A stretch of 64,000 nt of DNA from an uncultured bacterium (lineage in GTDB: Bacteria; Omnitrophota; Gorgyraeia; Ghiorseimicrobiales; Ghiorseimicrobiaceae). The DNA lies in contig CAJVXN010000002.1 of assembly GCA_913009335.1 (NCBI GenBank), positions 11,981 through 75,980 of the forward strand. The letters are read 5' to 3'. Made by a program: the position numbers and the translations under genes. The notes beneath the pieces are model-generated. The model was not told the origin of the DNA and did not search any database. It saw only the letters and a program-made list of their open reading frames with translations. Positions 46,797-57,286 of this stretch are shown here, one piece after another. Position 1 is the first letter of the stretch; every line of letters starts with the position of its first letter.

Positions 46797-49628
46797 CTAC
46801 TCTTTTATTTCTTTTAAAGGAATATTGTATTTAAATGTCATTCCTTCGAAAAGGGTTAGTTCTTTTTTGATTGAGACTTCCGGTAGGTAATGGACGGGTA
46901 TGCTGTTTATGTCTAATGTAACAGTATGCTCACCAGGAGAAGCTCTTCTAAAGAAATATCTTCCTGCGCCGTCTGTTTTTACGCTGGCGCCATTTTCCAA
47001 ACTTAATACAACGTCTCTTAATCCTGTATCTCCGTCTGAAAATCTTCCGTTTTGGTCTTTATCAATAAATACTATACCGGAAACTTCAGAGTTTGCCACA
47101 ATACCAAAATCAATATGCGCGATATGATGATGCGCAAGCAGTGTTGTTTGTATGGCAGGTACGGTTAAGACGTATCCTTTTGGCAGGGTCGTAGCATCAA
47201 TTCTAACATCTACTTCTTTTGCTTTTACCTTCTTAAATTTATAGTAACCTAAAATGTCTGTAGTTTCCTTTTTATTTCCTATGTAAACATCTGCCCCTTC
47301 AACAGGAGGCTCATCATTTTGCCGTAGGCCGTCAGAATTGTAATCTTTATAAACTAATCCTTCTATTGCACCTATGGTTTTCCAACTTGCTCCGGTATCC
47401 CATACATAGCGCATGCCCGCGCGGAAATCAAGCTCAATACGGTCATTCACAGCGTTATTATCCGCCCATACATTTCTTAGTCTGCCGGATATATAGGCCT
47501 CTTTTCCGGATTCAGGGCGATAATTTAATTCGGTGTATCCTTCGAGATAATCCTCCCCAGCTAAGAAGCTTAATACGGACTCAGAATTTTCTTCATCGCG
47601 ATAATTAAGACGAACACTTCCTGAAAGCTTCTCATTGATTTGCCCCGTCCAGTCAAGTCCTGTCTCCCATGCTTCAGGGCGAGTTAGGCCGCTGGTTTGT
47701 TTTTCTCGGGTCCAGGCGACTTCTTTGTTTATGAAATAATATAAATCAGATATAAGGTTAAGTCTTAAACCGGAGACTAATTTATGGCTTCTGTAGTCAA
47801 GGGATGGCGCGCTAAAGTTCGAGATATCATTATATTGATAACTAAAAAATGAACTTAGTCTTTCAAAGCTTGCAAATGTGTGAGTAAGTGTTGTCCAGGC
47901 GCTATGGCTGCGAAGCTCCGAGACTCTTCCTAGTTCATTCTGTAGAGAATAATCAAGACCCAGCGTAGTTAGTCTATCCATCCTGTATGTTGTGTCGATG
48001 TTCAGAGCTTGATTCCATCTATCCTTTTTTTCTTTACTGGGAAATAGCCTGTCGCGGAATACATCAAGTTGCATAGAGCTGTGTAATTTAGGAGTAAATT
48101 GGTAATCGATATTAAATAGCCCTCCTAATTCTCCTACGCGTGAGCCAAAACCTACAATCGTTAAGAATTCTTTATCTATGTCGCGTAATTCTGTTGAGAA
48201 ATTCAAATTAGGACGGCTGTATTGATATCGTAATAGCTGTGAGAAAAAATTGGTATCATGGGCGATTTCATAAGAGAATCCCCATTTATCAAAATTATAA
48301 TCCATTATAAAATCATATGTAAATTCCGGAAGATTTATTTCTCTATCTCTTCCCCATCCGCGGAAAATAGAACCACTGTATGTTTGTTTGTTATCTGGCT
48401 GGTAAACAAGCTTAGTACCGCCTAAGAATTTACTTTCAAGGGTTGCCAGACCCGGAGATAAATTGCCAAACCGTCCACCTCCTTCTCTGCCCCAGAAAAC
48501 CGTATAGTCTATTTTTTTATCAAAAGCCGGAGATTCAAGCATTACACCTCTAAGAGACGATGAGCCAAAGGAAAGATTTTCAACTAGTGGCTGGTAATCA
48601 AAACCTCTGATTGAAAAATCGCGGAAGTTGCGCCATCTTCCTTCGGTTAGCCCCATGGTTAGGTGTGTTAAGTCGGTATTTGTCTGTAATGATCTTATGG
48701 AAAAGGAAGAATCGAAATCTCCGTAAGGAGTGCCTCCTGTTATTCCCATGGAATGACTGTAGGCGTAAGTTTTCCTGTCTAAATCGTCTTTATCCAGGCT
48801 TGCGCCTTCTTCAAAAGATGACCAGTCAACAGAATAACGTATTTTAAAATTACGCTCTTTTTCTTTGGCAATAAGACTTTCTTCCGGGCTAAGCAGGCCC
48901 TCGGGTTTTTCAGGAGTTCCTAAAACACTTATTGTCCAGCGTCCGTTATCATCCCAGAGATGAATATAAGTATAGCCAAGCTGTTTAGCGGTTACCGAGT
49001 ATTTACTAGGGCTGATTTTTTCAATAGCAACAATTGGGGGCTGGGTTACAAGATGTCTTCTAAAATTCATCCCTTCAATTACGATGCTTTTTCCTATTTC
49101 AATCGTAATAGGTTGAATGACATTTTCAAATTCATCATCCAGGGTTAATATGCCGGATATTTTAGGAGTCTTTATTTTTTCTTCTTGCGTGATAAATTCT
49201 TGCGGGGTGATTTTTGCGGGGAATAGTTTTGCTTCGAAATCATCCAGATAAGTTGACACATCGTAATATCTCTTCTCCGGGATATCACGGATTACCTTGC
49301 CTGTTTGAAGTTTATCTAGATATCTCTCAACAGTGGTTTCTCTATCGTGCAAGATGTAGTTTTTAGATATTAACGGCTCATCTATTTCTTTACCTTCAAT
49401 AAGACGAATATATTCCCTGGCAAATTGATTATTGGGTTCTATTATTAAAGCTTTTTTGAATTCATGCAACGCGTCGGCGTATCTGCCGCGCTGGTAATAT
49501 GTAAGGCCCAGTTCGTTTAAGAATTGAGGCATCATCGCATAATTACCCCCTGCGTATACAGGCGCAAAGCCGGAACCTATAAATGTAAAAGCCAAAAATA
49601 ATATGCAAATTTTCTTAAAAATAGACAT
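46797..49628 (-). CDS. large secreted protein with an N-terminal TPR-like region, a beta-rich central domain and C-terminal Cna-B/SdrD-B-like repeats; possible outer-membrane/usher-like component of the adjacent pilus-like cluster
   Basis: Signal peptide. DGDTGLRDVVLSL..DGAGRYFF and SDGLRQNDEPPVEGADVYI repeats. Function uncertain. Confidence 0.35.
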   Translation of the reverse strand: MSIFKKICILFLAFTFIGSGFAPVYAGGNYAMMPQFLNELGLTYYQRGRYADALHEFKKALIIEPNNQFAREYIRLIEGKEIDEPLISKNYILHDRETTVERYLDKLQTGKVIRDIPEKRYYDVSTYLDDFEAKLFPAKITPQEFITQEEKIKTPKISGILTLDDEFENVIQPITIEIGKSIVIEGMNFRRHLVTQPPIVAIEKISPSKYSVTAKQLGYTYIHLWDDNGRWTISVLGTPEKPEGLLSPEESLIAKEKERNFKIRYSVDWSSFEEGASLDKDDLDRKTYAYSHSMGITGGTPYGDFDSSFSIRSLQTNTDLTHLTMGLTEGRWRNFRDFSIRGFDYQPLVENLSFGSSSLRGVMLESPAFDKKIDYTVFWGREGGGRFGNLSPGLATLESKFLGGTKLVYQPDNKQTYSGSIFRGWGRDREINLPEFTYDFIMDYNFDKWGFSYEIAHDTNFFSQLLRYQYSRPNLNFSTELRDIDKEFLTIVGFGSRVGELGGLFNIDYQFTPKLHSSMQLDVFRDRLFPSKEKKDRWNQALNIDTTYRMDRLTTLGLDYSLQNELGRVSELRSHSAWTTLTHTFASFERLSSFFSYQYNDISNFSAPSLDYRSHKLVSGLRLNLISDLYYFINKEVAWTREKQTSGLTRPEAWETGLDWTGQINEKLSGSVRLNYRDEENSESVLSFLAGEDYLEGYTELNYRPESGKEAYISGRLRNVWADNNAVNDRIELDFRAGMRYVWDTGASWKTIGAIEGLVYKDYNSDGLRQNDEPPVEGADVYIGNKKETTDILGYYKFKKVKAKEVDVRIDATTLPKGYVLTVPAIQTTLLAHHHIAHIDFGIVANSEVSGIVFIDKDQNGRFSDGDTGLRDVVLSLENGASVKTDGAGRYFFRRASPGEHTVTLDINSIPVHYLPEVSIKKELTLFEGMTFKYNIPLKEIKE

Positions 49629-49638
49629 ATCTATTTTA

Positions 49639-50487
49639 CTAACGCAGGTCTCCTATTTGTTTTACTTCGCCAAGCGCGTCTACCTCTATTGTTGCCTCAC
49701 GGACTACAATATCATTGGTGTCATGGGTTAGGGTGATAATGATGTCATATATTCCCGTTGGCAGCTTGTCTTTCCATGTGCTTGTTAATTTTGCCGTATC
49801 ATTCGGAAACGTATATATATTATTAAATAATCCGCGAGCATATACTCTACCCCCTCTATCGATGATTGAATATGTTGCTTTCTCGATTATCTGAGATATG
49901 TTTCCTGTATTTTTAAAATCCAGTGATATATCAAGAGATGAGTCTTCGTAATTTTTAGTAAATGAGAGATTAGAAAGGATTGCCGATCTGTCAATAAGTC
50001 CCTTTGGATGAATATAGAAAAGTGTTCCTATTCGCGTGGCTACCATTACGTTTACGCCTTCTTCGCCGACTGCGACGGGTTGGGTTTCAAAAAACATTAT
50101 GGCATAATGCCCTTCTTTTATATCCTCGGGCATTGTTATAGCATATGAGAGAACCTGAGAAGAAAAAGGCGGCATAATAAATTCAGAAGGGGCAAATGTA
50201 ATCCATGAGGCGCAGGAATATTTTGATGTACCTGCGGGCATAAATTTTTTATCGCCGTTTCCCGGGGCCACATAAATCCAGTCTTCAAGGTAGATTTTAA
50301 CAACTAATGGGTTTTCGGATGGATTTTCTATACGTATTTGTCCGGTTTCTGTTTTACCGGGGGTAATAATTGGTTTTAGTTTCATTTTGTCCACGCGGAC
50401 AAAACCATAAGAAAGTGTTGTGAAACTTAAAATAAGGGATAGGGATATTATGGCAGGTAAAAGCAGGAACATGCTTTTTAGTTTCAA
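49639..50487 (-). CDS. periplasmic pilus-chaperone-like protein (PapD-like N-domain pattern)
   Basis: Signal peptide. KPIITPGKTETGQIRIENPSENPLVVKIYLEDW resembles the PapD N-terminal R..F.......L.I.N.....P.L.Q.W pattern. Confidence 0.35.
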   Translation of the reverse strand: MKLKSMFLLLPAIISLSLILSFTTLSYGFVRVDKMKLKPIITPGKTETGQIRIENPSENPLVVKIYLEDWIYVAPGNGDKKFMPAGTSKYSCASWITFAPSEFIMPPFSSQVLSYAITMPEDIKEGHYAIMFFETQPVAVGEEGVNVMVATRIGTLFYIHPKGLIDRSAILSNLSFTKNYEDSSLDISLDFKNTGNISQIIEKATYSIIDRGGRVYARGLFNNIYTFPNDTAKLTSTWKDKLPTGIYDIIITLTHDTNDIVVREATIEVDALGEVKQIGDLR

Positions 50488-50649
50488 AATCGCCTCCTCT
50501 TATTGCTGGTGAGAGTACATAATTTATCCTTTATAGATAGGGGGCCATTTTACTACTACCCCCTACTTATAAAGGTTACTCTTTTATGTTAACTTTTACT
50601 CTGTAACTTGCTTAATTACTATTAGTTATAGATTATCACATTTGTTGAA

Positions 50650-51324
50650 TTAAAGCAATACTAAAGTAAAAGTAACAGTGCCAGAATAGGAGTCAGCTTT
50701 TTGATCCAACGGTATAGGTTCGTGTCCTGCGAAAGGAGCCCCGCCGCCGCTAGCATAAGGCGGAATACCGATATATGTCTGTATGGTTCTTAGATTAGCA
50801 GATGTTCCGCTGCTATAGAGCACTTTTCCTGTTGATTGAAGTGGCCCCCCAGTTCCTAATGACGCGTCAGCCGGCATTGCTTGCCCGCCGTTATCCGCTG
50901 GATTATAACCAGGTGTAATACTTACTCCTTTAGGGAGCACGCCACCGACCGTCCCTGATAATCCTGAACAGGTTGAGGTAATTTGGTATGGTGTACCAAA
51001 TGTCCAACCAGTCAAAAATACGGTATAGTAGTATGGACTTGCAAACCATAGACCCGCATCTGAACCATCAGTTAGGGTATGTGTTAGTGTACCGAATGTG
51101 ATGTTCTTTGCACCGGTATCTACCCATACATCATCAGTGTAATCAGTTGTTGTGCCCTGATCATCTACCTCGAATACAGTACTCATTATCAGTTCGTTTG
51201 TGCCTGATATCGTTGCGGATACCGTAACACTGTCAGTCAGCTGCGCGTGTGCAGCTACACCTGTAAAAAGAACCATAGCCGATAGAGCTAGCATGCTGAT
51301 AAGTACTTTTTTCATGTGTTTCAC
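50650..51324 (-). CDS. spore-coat-U / Csu-type (sigma-fimbrial) pilin-like secreted protein
   Basis: Signal peptide. N-terminal SVTVSATISG, internal ITFGTL and a Cys, and a C-terminal YSGTVTFTLVLL like the SCPU YxDTVTVTV. Confidence 0.4.
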   Translation of the reverse strand: MKHMKKVLISMLALSAMVLFTGVAAHAQLTDSVTVSATISGTNELIMSTVFEVDDQGTTTDYTDDVWVDTGAKNITFGTLTHTLTDGSDAGLWFASPYYYTVFLTGWTFGTPYQITSTCSGLSGTVGGVLPKGVSITPGYNPADNGGQAMPADASLGTGGPLQSTGKVLYSSGTSANLRTIQTYIGIPPYASGGGAPFAGHEPIPLDQKADSYSGTVTFTLVLL

Positions 51325-51420
51325 CTCCTTTTGTTTTGTTGTTGTTATTGTTAATTTCCCAATACGCGTTTTGTTACTAAAAACTTTTTAATAGGTTTTA
51401 CTTTCTATGTTTTCAAAAAA

Positions 51421-52809
51421 CTAAATTTCCGATAGAGAATAGAGTATTTGTGTTGAATAATTACCTCTTTTTACGTCGCGAGGAACTTGCAGTTCATATA
51501 CAATTCCAAATTGCGTCGAAGTACCGTATTTATCGGATGTAAATAATATTGTATCGCCTTTTTTTACGGGTGACTTTGTCAAAATTTTTAAGTCTCCTTT
51601 TGTATCAATACTTTCTGTATTTACGGTAAAATATTTATCTTTTATGGTATCACCGGCTTTATTAGCCAAAAGGGATATTACATTTTGGGTTATTTGATAC
51701 GGCTTGCCTACATTTGTTTTGACCTCAATTAGAACTTCGCTTATCTGCGGAGGGTTTTTTGGGTCTAATTCAAGAAAGTTAATCCCTCCTGTTTCAGAGG
51801 TCGCGTTTATCTGGAATATTTTTTCATTTTCAACTTCCAGATTAAAGATATCCAGTAATCCGGAATTTAAAATTCCCGTACCCCGGAGAATATACTTTAA
51901 TGTGGTTTTATATCTACCAGGTCTCTGCCATGATAGATCTCCCAGGCGATAGGTGATAATAAAATTATCAGGATCGCCGCTTATATTTGAGGTGTAGATA
52001 ACTTGTTCTCGTTTGGATAATGTAGTTGACTGAGCGGCTGCTATCCCTCTTTTATTCCCTCGCACGTTAAAATTTACGCTTTCAAGAGCTAATTTTTTAC
52101 CTTCAAGAGAAGCCAACGGTTGAGGAATAACCTGAATGATTTTAAATTGCTGTCCCAAACCGCCGATTATATCAAAGCCAACTTCGAAGCTATGTTTTGT
52201 TTTATCCGCGTGTTTAAGTGATATTGTTTTTGAATTATCCTGTGTTTCTATGATGATTGCGTTTTCAACAGAGACTTCGGCAAATACATTTAGAACGACT
52301 GTATGCGAATTTTCGGATGAATCAATTGGCTCTAGGGTGTAGCTTATTCTTCCTCGGTACGATCCTGCGGGAACTTCAGAAGTAAGGAGTCGGTAAACTA
52401 GCTGGAATGAATCAGGGGTACCTTGAGTATTAGAGGTATATAAAATAGACCTGGAAAGCGATACAGGTATTTCGTTGGTAACTGAAAGAGTGCCGTATTT
52501 ATTTGTGCCGCGGATGGCATATACCCGTAAGCTGGTATATGGAACTTCGTAGCCGGTTACAGTACTTAATGGATTTAAGACTTGCTGAATTATACGATAT
52601 TGTTTACTTATATTTGAAGTGACTCGCAGCGTAACTTCTTTATTTACAACACCATTAGCTTGAGCTGAAATATTGCCAAAGCGGATATTCTGTCCTCCTT
52701 CAAACGGAGTTACAGAAAGGCTAAATGCTGCAAAAGCAACATTACCAGTTAGCGTGAGTATTGAAAAAATCGCTAGGAAAATAACTGAAATTTTTGGTAG
52801 GTTTTTCAT
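51421..52809 (-). CDS. secreted protein with three ~140-aa internal repeats (candidate tip/adhesin subunit)
   Basis: Signal peptide. Repeats anchored on QYRIIQQV / QFKIIQVI / PYQITQNV ... GRY..I.Y.L. Confidence 0.35.
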   Translation of the reverse strand: MKNLPKISVIFLAIFSILTLTGNVAFAAFSLSVTPFEGGQNIRFGNISAQANGVVNKEVTLRVTSNISKQYRIIQQVLNPLSTVTGYEVPYTSLRVYAIRGTNKYGTLSVTNEIPVSLSRSILYTSNTQGTPDSFQLVYRLLTSEVPAGSYRGRISYTLEPIDSSENSHTVVLNVFAEVSVENAIIIETQDNSKTISLKHADKTKHSFEVGFDIIGGLGQQFKIIQVIPQPLASLEGKKLALESVNFNVRGNKRGIAAAQSTTLSKREQVIYTSNISGDPDNFIITYRLGDLSWQRPGRYKTTLKYILRGTGILNSGLLDIFNLEVENEKIFQINATSETGGINFLELDPKNPPQISEVLIEVKTNVGKPYQITQNVISLLANKAGDTIKDKYFTVNTESIDTKGDLKILTKSPVKKGDTILFTSDKYGTSTQFGIVYELQVPRDVKRGNYSTQILYSLSEI

Positions 52810-53141
52810 TGGGATACTCGCCTATTATTATAATCCTGCGGACAGGATTTGTCAATGCATTTGTACCCGTGTTTGGTACAATGGCGCATCCCAATTGAAT
52901 TGTTCATTTGGAACCCGTGGCACGCCGATTCCTAATGGCGTTATAAGTATAACATATAATATAGCAATGTCAAGGAAGGGCCGATATTGAAGGAAAGCGC
53001 TTTCATAGAATATCTAACTTGTTTATTAACAACAGGTTTCGACTGTAATTAAATATAAAATAGCATCCTCTGTCCTATTTTTTTTCGAATCACAAAAAAA
53101 CTTGCTTTTTTTGTTAAAAAACGTATAATAATGCATAAGTT

Positions 53142-53600
53142 ATGGAAGATTTAAATAATACCACCCCAACTGATTCTATGCCTGTTTCTGGTGCTCCGCG
53201 AAAAAATAACCTTCGTCCGGTAAAGTTTATTATTGTTTTTGTAGTAGGGATTTTAGCGGCAAAAGGAATATTTGTTATTCTGGATAAAAAGGTAATAAAA
53301 CAAAAAACTACACAGACTAAACCAATGTCTCAGGTAGTTACAAAAATAACTCGATCTTCCGAAAGAAATAACGCATCTATAAAAAAGGATGTCTCGCCTG
53401 TCTCAGTTCTCCTGCCTCCTTCTTTTCCGGAATTAACACTAAACGGTATTGCCGCAAGCGGTGAAAGCGGATGGGCGATTATTAATGGTAGAGTTGTTAA
53501 GCCCGGAGATAAGATTAAGGATGCCAAAATCGTAGGAATAACTGAGGAAAAAGTTTATCTTGATTTTAAAGACGAGAGTTTTACGCTTACCTTCGAGTGA
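53142..53600 (+). CDS. membrane-anchored protein with a C-terminal PilP/GspC-like beta domain (tentative)
   Basis: One TM helix. LNGIAASGESGWAIINGRVVKPGDKI..VGITEEKVYL pattern. Promoter TTGCTT, 16 nt, TATAAT at 53102-53129. Confidence 0.3.
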   Translation: MEDLNNTTPTDSMPVSGAPRKNNLRPVKFIIVFVVGILAAKGIFVILDKKVIKQKTTQTKPMSQVVTKITRSSERNNASIKKDVSPVSVLLPPSFPELTLNGIAASGESGWAIINGRVVKPGDKIKDAKIVGITEEKVYLDFKDESFTLTFE

Positions 53601-53685
53601 AAGAGGCAAAGGGGTTTGTGATGATTAACGTATCAGTGCTGAGCTTTCCGGGGTAAATTCTGACAAGCTGCTTCAATATACAGAA

Positions 53686-53970
53686 TCATTTCAATAGATC
53701 TAATCCCTGCAAATAATCTTCATATTCCAAGGGCGCAGCAACACCTATTTTTCCTAAAAAATCTATTGCCGAACTCAAGGGTATTTTTAATTCACTAGCT
53801 AAAGATCCTAAAGAAATCTTCCCTTCTCTATACATACAAAGAAGATGAAATTCCCATCCCTCATTAATTAACTGACGTGCTGCCTGGGATTGATCTGCAT
53901 TATTTTCTTTTGCTAATTTCTTTATATGGCTTAATTCCTCTTGACCAAGTCGTACACTCAAAACACTCAT
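53686..53970 (-). CDS. UPF0175-like putative antitoxin
   Basis: 94 aa. Overlaps the upstream PIN gene by 4 nt. Confidence 0.4.
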   Translation of the reverse strand: MSVLSVRLGQEELSHIKKLAKENNADQSQAARQLINEGWEFHLLCMYREGKISLGSLASELKIPLSSAIDFLGKIGVAAPLEYEDYLQGLDLLK

Positions 53971-54470
53971 TTTTCTCCCATCCTCCTTTCTATTTTACTC
54001 GTTGCATCAAAAATTATTCTATCGTTGTACCTGCCTAATTGCTCCAGCCGCTCTAACTTTACCAAGGCAAGTTCTTTACTAATCCGCTTTTTATAAAACA
54101 CATCCAATAAAAAATGCACAGCTGTAACAAATTTAACTCCCAACACCTTACAGGCCTTGATTGCCTGGCCATCGTCTGTTGCTAATATCGCCTGCTTTTG
54201 CTGCGCTAATAATAATGCTGACGCTTCTCCTTCAGCAAGAACAAAATCATCCTGGAATTTTTTAAACAATGTCTGGTTTTTGACTTTCATCACTCCAATC
54301 TTGCCAGTATTAATAAGCTCGATAATAATCTTGGCATCAAGAAGCTCAGATTTACAAGTCGCTTCAGCCTTTACCTCTTTAGATATAAAGACTTCACGAG
54401 TGTGTACTATAGTTTTTAATATATCCAGCTTTGCCAATAAAATTAATGTCGAAGCATCAAATACGATCAT
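53967..54470 (-). CDS. PIN-domain protein (DUF3368/VapC-like putative toxin)
   Basis: MIVFDASTLILLAKLDIL N-terminal acidic PIN signature; conserved D...E...D spacing. Confidence 0.5.
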   Translation of the reverse strand: MIVFDASTLILLAKLDILKTIVHTREVFISKEVKAEATCKSELLDAKIIIELINTGKIGVMKVKNQTLFKKFQDDFVLAEGEASALLLAQQKQAILATDDGQAIKACKVLGVKFVTAVHFLLDVFYKKRISKELALVKLERLEQLGRYNDRIIFDATSKIERRMGEK

Positions 54471-54666
54471 CGTCCTGCCTTTGTATACATTCTACTACTA
54501 AAGTATACACCAATGAAAGATGTCTGTCAAGATCTATCATTTCTTTTTTTATGCCCCTGATTTTTCTAATAAATCTCTTCTGAACGTCGCAAAAGTGATA
54601 GTTTTTGCGACACTGTTTAATTCGTAAATATTTGAAAGCGAAAGGGAACGCTTCTATTTTTCTTTT

Positions 54667-55785
54667 TTATTCTCTAAGGCTTTCAACAGATTTTTGGATT
54701 ATTTTTAAAGGGATGCCCTCTTTTATGATAACCCGGCCTATTGCCTTAGGAAGGACAAATCTATTTTTGCCATGAATAAATTTTTTATCAAAGGATTGGG
54801 CCTTGATAATACTATTTAATTTTAAACCTTTTATTTTTGATGGCAGGCCGATATTCGCAAGAATATCTGTAATACGTTTTTCTTCTTTTTGATTTGTAAA
54901 TATTTTAAGTTTTCCTGCGATTCTTTGCGCAGCAAGCATTCCTAAAGCTATTGCTTCTCCGTGAGTGTATGCTTTAAACCTCCCTGCTGTCTCTATGGCA
55001 TGTCCGATAGTATGGCCATAATTTAGAATAGTGCGTATCCCTTTTTTTTCTTTTTCATCAAGCGATACTATCTTAGCTTTAATTGCTGCACATTTATTAA
55101 TTATATGTTCAAGATTTTGATTGTTAAGATTGAGTATATTTGAGTAATTTTTCTCAATATATGAAAATAATAATTTATCTTTAATTATGCCGTACTTAAC
55201 CGCCTCTGCCAGTCCGGCCCTTAGCTGTTTTTTAGGCAGGCTCTTAAGAAGCGATATATCACATAAAACAAGGCTTGGCTGGTAAAAAGCTCCTACAAGA
55301 TTTTTTCCGCAGTCAAGGTCAATTGCCACCTTGCCTCCTATGCTGGAGTCAATTTGCCCAAGAAGTGTAGTAGGTATTTGTATATAAGGTATCCCGCGTT
55401 TATACACGCTTGCGATGAAACCGGATAAATCCCCGATTACCCCTCCCCCCAGGGCAATGATAAATACGCGTTTTCCCTTTGCATATTTAGATACCTTATC
55501 AATGAGCTTAAAAGCTATTCTTTGTGATTTGCTTTTTTCGGAATCAGGTACGCATTCAAAGCGATATGATATGCCGCCTTTTTTTAGGCTATTTTCTAAT
55601 TTTGCACCGGCTATTTTCTTAATTTTGGGGTTTGTGATAATTAACGCGTCGCGCCCAATATTAAGTTTCTTAATACAGCCCGGTAAATTTTTTAAAATCC
55701 TGTTGCCTATTAGAATCGAGTAGTTTCTTTTTCCTAAATTCAGTTTTATTTTTTTCACCCAGCCCTTCCTTCTTAATTTTACCAC
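54667..55785 (-). CDS. aroB: 3-dehydroquinate synthase
   Basis: GGGVIGDLSGFIAS and HGEAIA metal-binding motifs. Confidence 0.85.
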   Translation of the reverse strand: MVKLRRKGWVKKIKLNLGKRNYSILIGNRILKNLPGCIKKLNIGRDALIITNPKIKKIAGAKLENSLKKGGISYRFECVPDSEKSKSQRIAFKLIDKVSKYAKGKRVFIIALGGGVIGDLSGFIASVYKRGIPYIQIPTTLLGQIDSSIGGKVAIDLDCGKNLVGAFYQPSLVLCDISLLKSLPKKQLRAGLAEAVKYGIIKDKLLFSYIEKNYSNILNLNNQNLEHIINKCAAIKAKIVSLDEKEKKGIRTILNYGHTIGHAIETAGRFKAYTHGEAIALGMLAAQRIAGKLKIFTNQKEEKRITDILANIGLPSKIKGLKLNSIIKAQSFDKKFIHGKNRFVLPKAIGRVIIKEGIPLKIIQKSVESLRE

Positions 55786-55810
55786 TGCCCTTTAGGAAGG
55801 GCGGGGTTCA

Positions 55811-56407
55811 TTATATGCCTAATATTACGATTAAGCTTTTAACAATCGGCCAGATTATAAAATCAAATAATCCTAACCAGATAAGGCCAAAAAGAATTAT
55901 AAAACCATAGCGTTCAATAGCTACAAAGTATTTAATCAGTCCTTGCGGTAAGATGCCGAGTAAGATACGGGAGCCGTCTAATGGAGGTAGGGGGAATAAA
56001 TTAAATACCGCAAGTACAAGGTTTAGGGTAACGAATAGTTGTAGTATGTATAAGCCCGTATTATTAAAGATATTTGCTTTTATCAAAAGGCTGCCAAGAA
56101 AAGCCATGGCAAAGTTAGCTAATGGGCCAGCTAGGCCGACAAGTGCAATATTGCCTCGATTGCCAAGATTGCGAAAGTTGATCGGTACTGGTTTTGCCCA
56201 GCCAAAAATAAAGGGTGAACGCATCATAATAAGCATTAATGGAAGCACTATTGTACCGAAAGGATCAATATGTGCCAATGGGTTAAGGGTAAGCCGTCCG
56301 GCATATTTTGCCGTAGGATCCCCTAATTTATACGCGCACCACCCATGGGCAAATTCATGAATAACAACTGCCACATAAAAAACAAGAAGTGAGATAAATA
56401 TTGTCAT
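55811..56407 (-). CDS. site-2 protease family zinc metalloprotease (M50)
   Basis: HEFAHGW (HExxH) within a TM helix; polytopic. Confidence 0.7.
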   Translation of the reverse strand: MTIFISLLVFYVAVVIHEFAHGWCAYKLGDPTAKYAGRLTLNPLAHIDPFGTIVLPLMLIMMRSPFIFGWAKPVPINFRNLGNRGNIALVGLAGPLANFAMAFLGSLLIKANIFNNTGLYILQLFVTLNLVLAVFNLFPLPPLDGSRILLGILPQGLIKYFVAIERYGFIILFGLIWLGLFDFIIWPIVKSLIVILGI

Positions 56408-57255
56408 TTTATTATTTCAATCCTTTCGACTTCAATGAGAGGGATTTTTTGATTTTTTCCATCGACTACTTTTCCGAAAATATTTACATCATAGCCGATA
56501 AATCGGTTTAAGGATTTTCGGTCCCCTTTTAAGTAATATTTTAACTTTCCATCAATAACTAATTTATGGCTTCCTTTTCGCCTGAAGAATATACCCATTG
56601 CGCGAATTTTACCTTGAGCCATTGGTTCAGGCTTAATTTCTTCTTTTGCTGCGACTTTAATCGTATTTTCTTCTGTATTTAGAGGCGCAACTATAACTTC
56701 CGGATCAGGCGCGCAGCGCTTCACAAATTTTTTATGCAGCCAGCCAAAGGCTACATTGTCTACACCTGTGATTTCATACCATTCAGGATGAGCTTTAATT
56801 ACTGTAACTATATAGCCAGTATTGATTTTACCGATTATAGAGGCATTTTCACTTGGCTTTGCTCGTAGATTGACGCGGTTGCCCGTAATAGTACCTTTTT
56901 TCGCATGCGTACGTTTTAGAAACTTAACGTTAATAAAACAGCTAGTTGTTTTGGGTAGGGCTATTTTATACCAATCGTATCTTTGAGTGAGTATTTTGAC
57001 CTTTGTTTCCTTTTGAAGCTTATCGAGTGATTCGTAGTTTGTGCTTGGTCCGGCGCGTAGATTGATATCGTTTGAGGTAATCTTTCCCGGAAAAGGAAAT
57101 TCGAAAGCATTTGCATTCGAGGTCAATGCAAATATTAAAGCCACCACACTGAACCATTTTTTTATGTTCATAATCATTGCTGTCCAAATAAAACCGTCAT
57201 TACCCGGTTTAACCGGGTAATCCAGTTTTTTCTCGACGCTGGATTCCCCGATCAA
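56404..57255 (-). CDS. secreted SH3b-domain protein
   Basis: Signal peptide. Two bacterial SH3-like segments (NLRAGPSTNY..W.KI). Confidence 0.4.
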   Translation of the reverse strand: MIGESSVEKKLDYPVKPGNDGFIWTAMIMNIKKWFSVVALIFALTSNANAFEFPFPGKITSNDINLRAGPSTNYESLDKLQKETKVKILTQRYDWYKIALPKTTSCFINVKFLKRTHAKKGTITGNRVNLRAKPSENASIIGKINTGYIVTVIKAHPEWYEITGVDNVAFGWLHKKFVKRCAPDPEVIVAPLNTEENTIKVAAKEEIKPEPMAQGKIRAMGIFFRRKGSHKLVIDGKLKYYLKGDRKSLNRFIGYDVNIFGKVVDGKNQKIPLIEVERIEIIK

Positions 57256-57286
57256 GTCGGGGAATGACAGTGGGCGGAAGAGAAAT

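Noticed and set aside
46797-49628. Confident usher (PF00577) assignment for the 943-aa protein
   Set aside because: The TPR-like N-terminus, Cna-B-like C-terminal repeats and lack of a C-terminal aromatic residue do not match classical ushers. Retained only as a low-confidence positional analogy.
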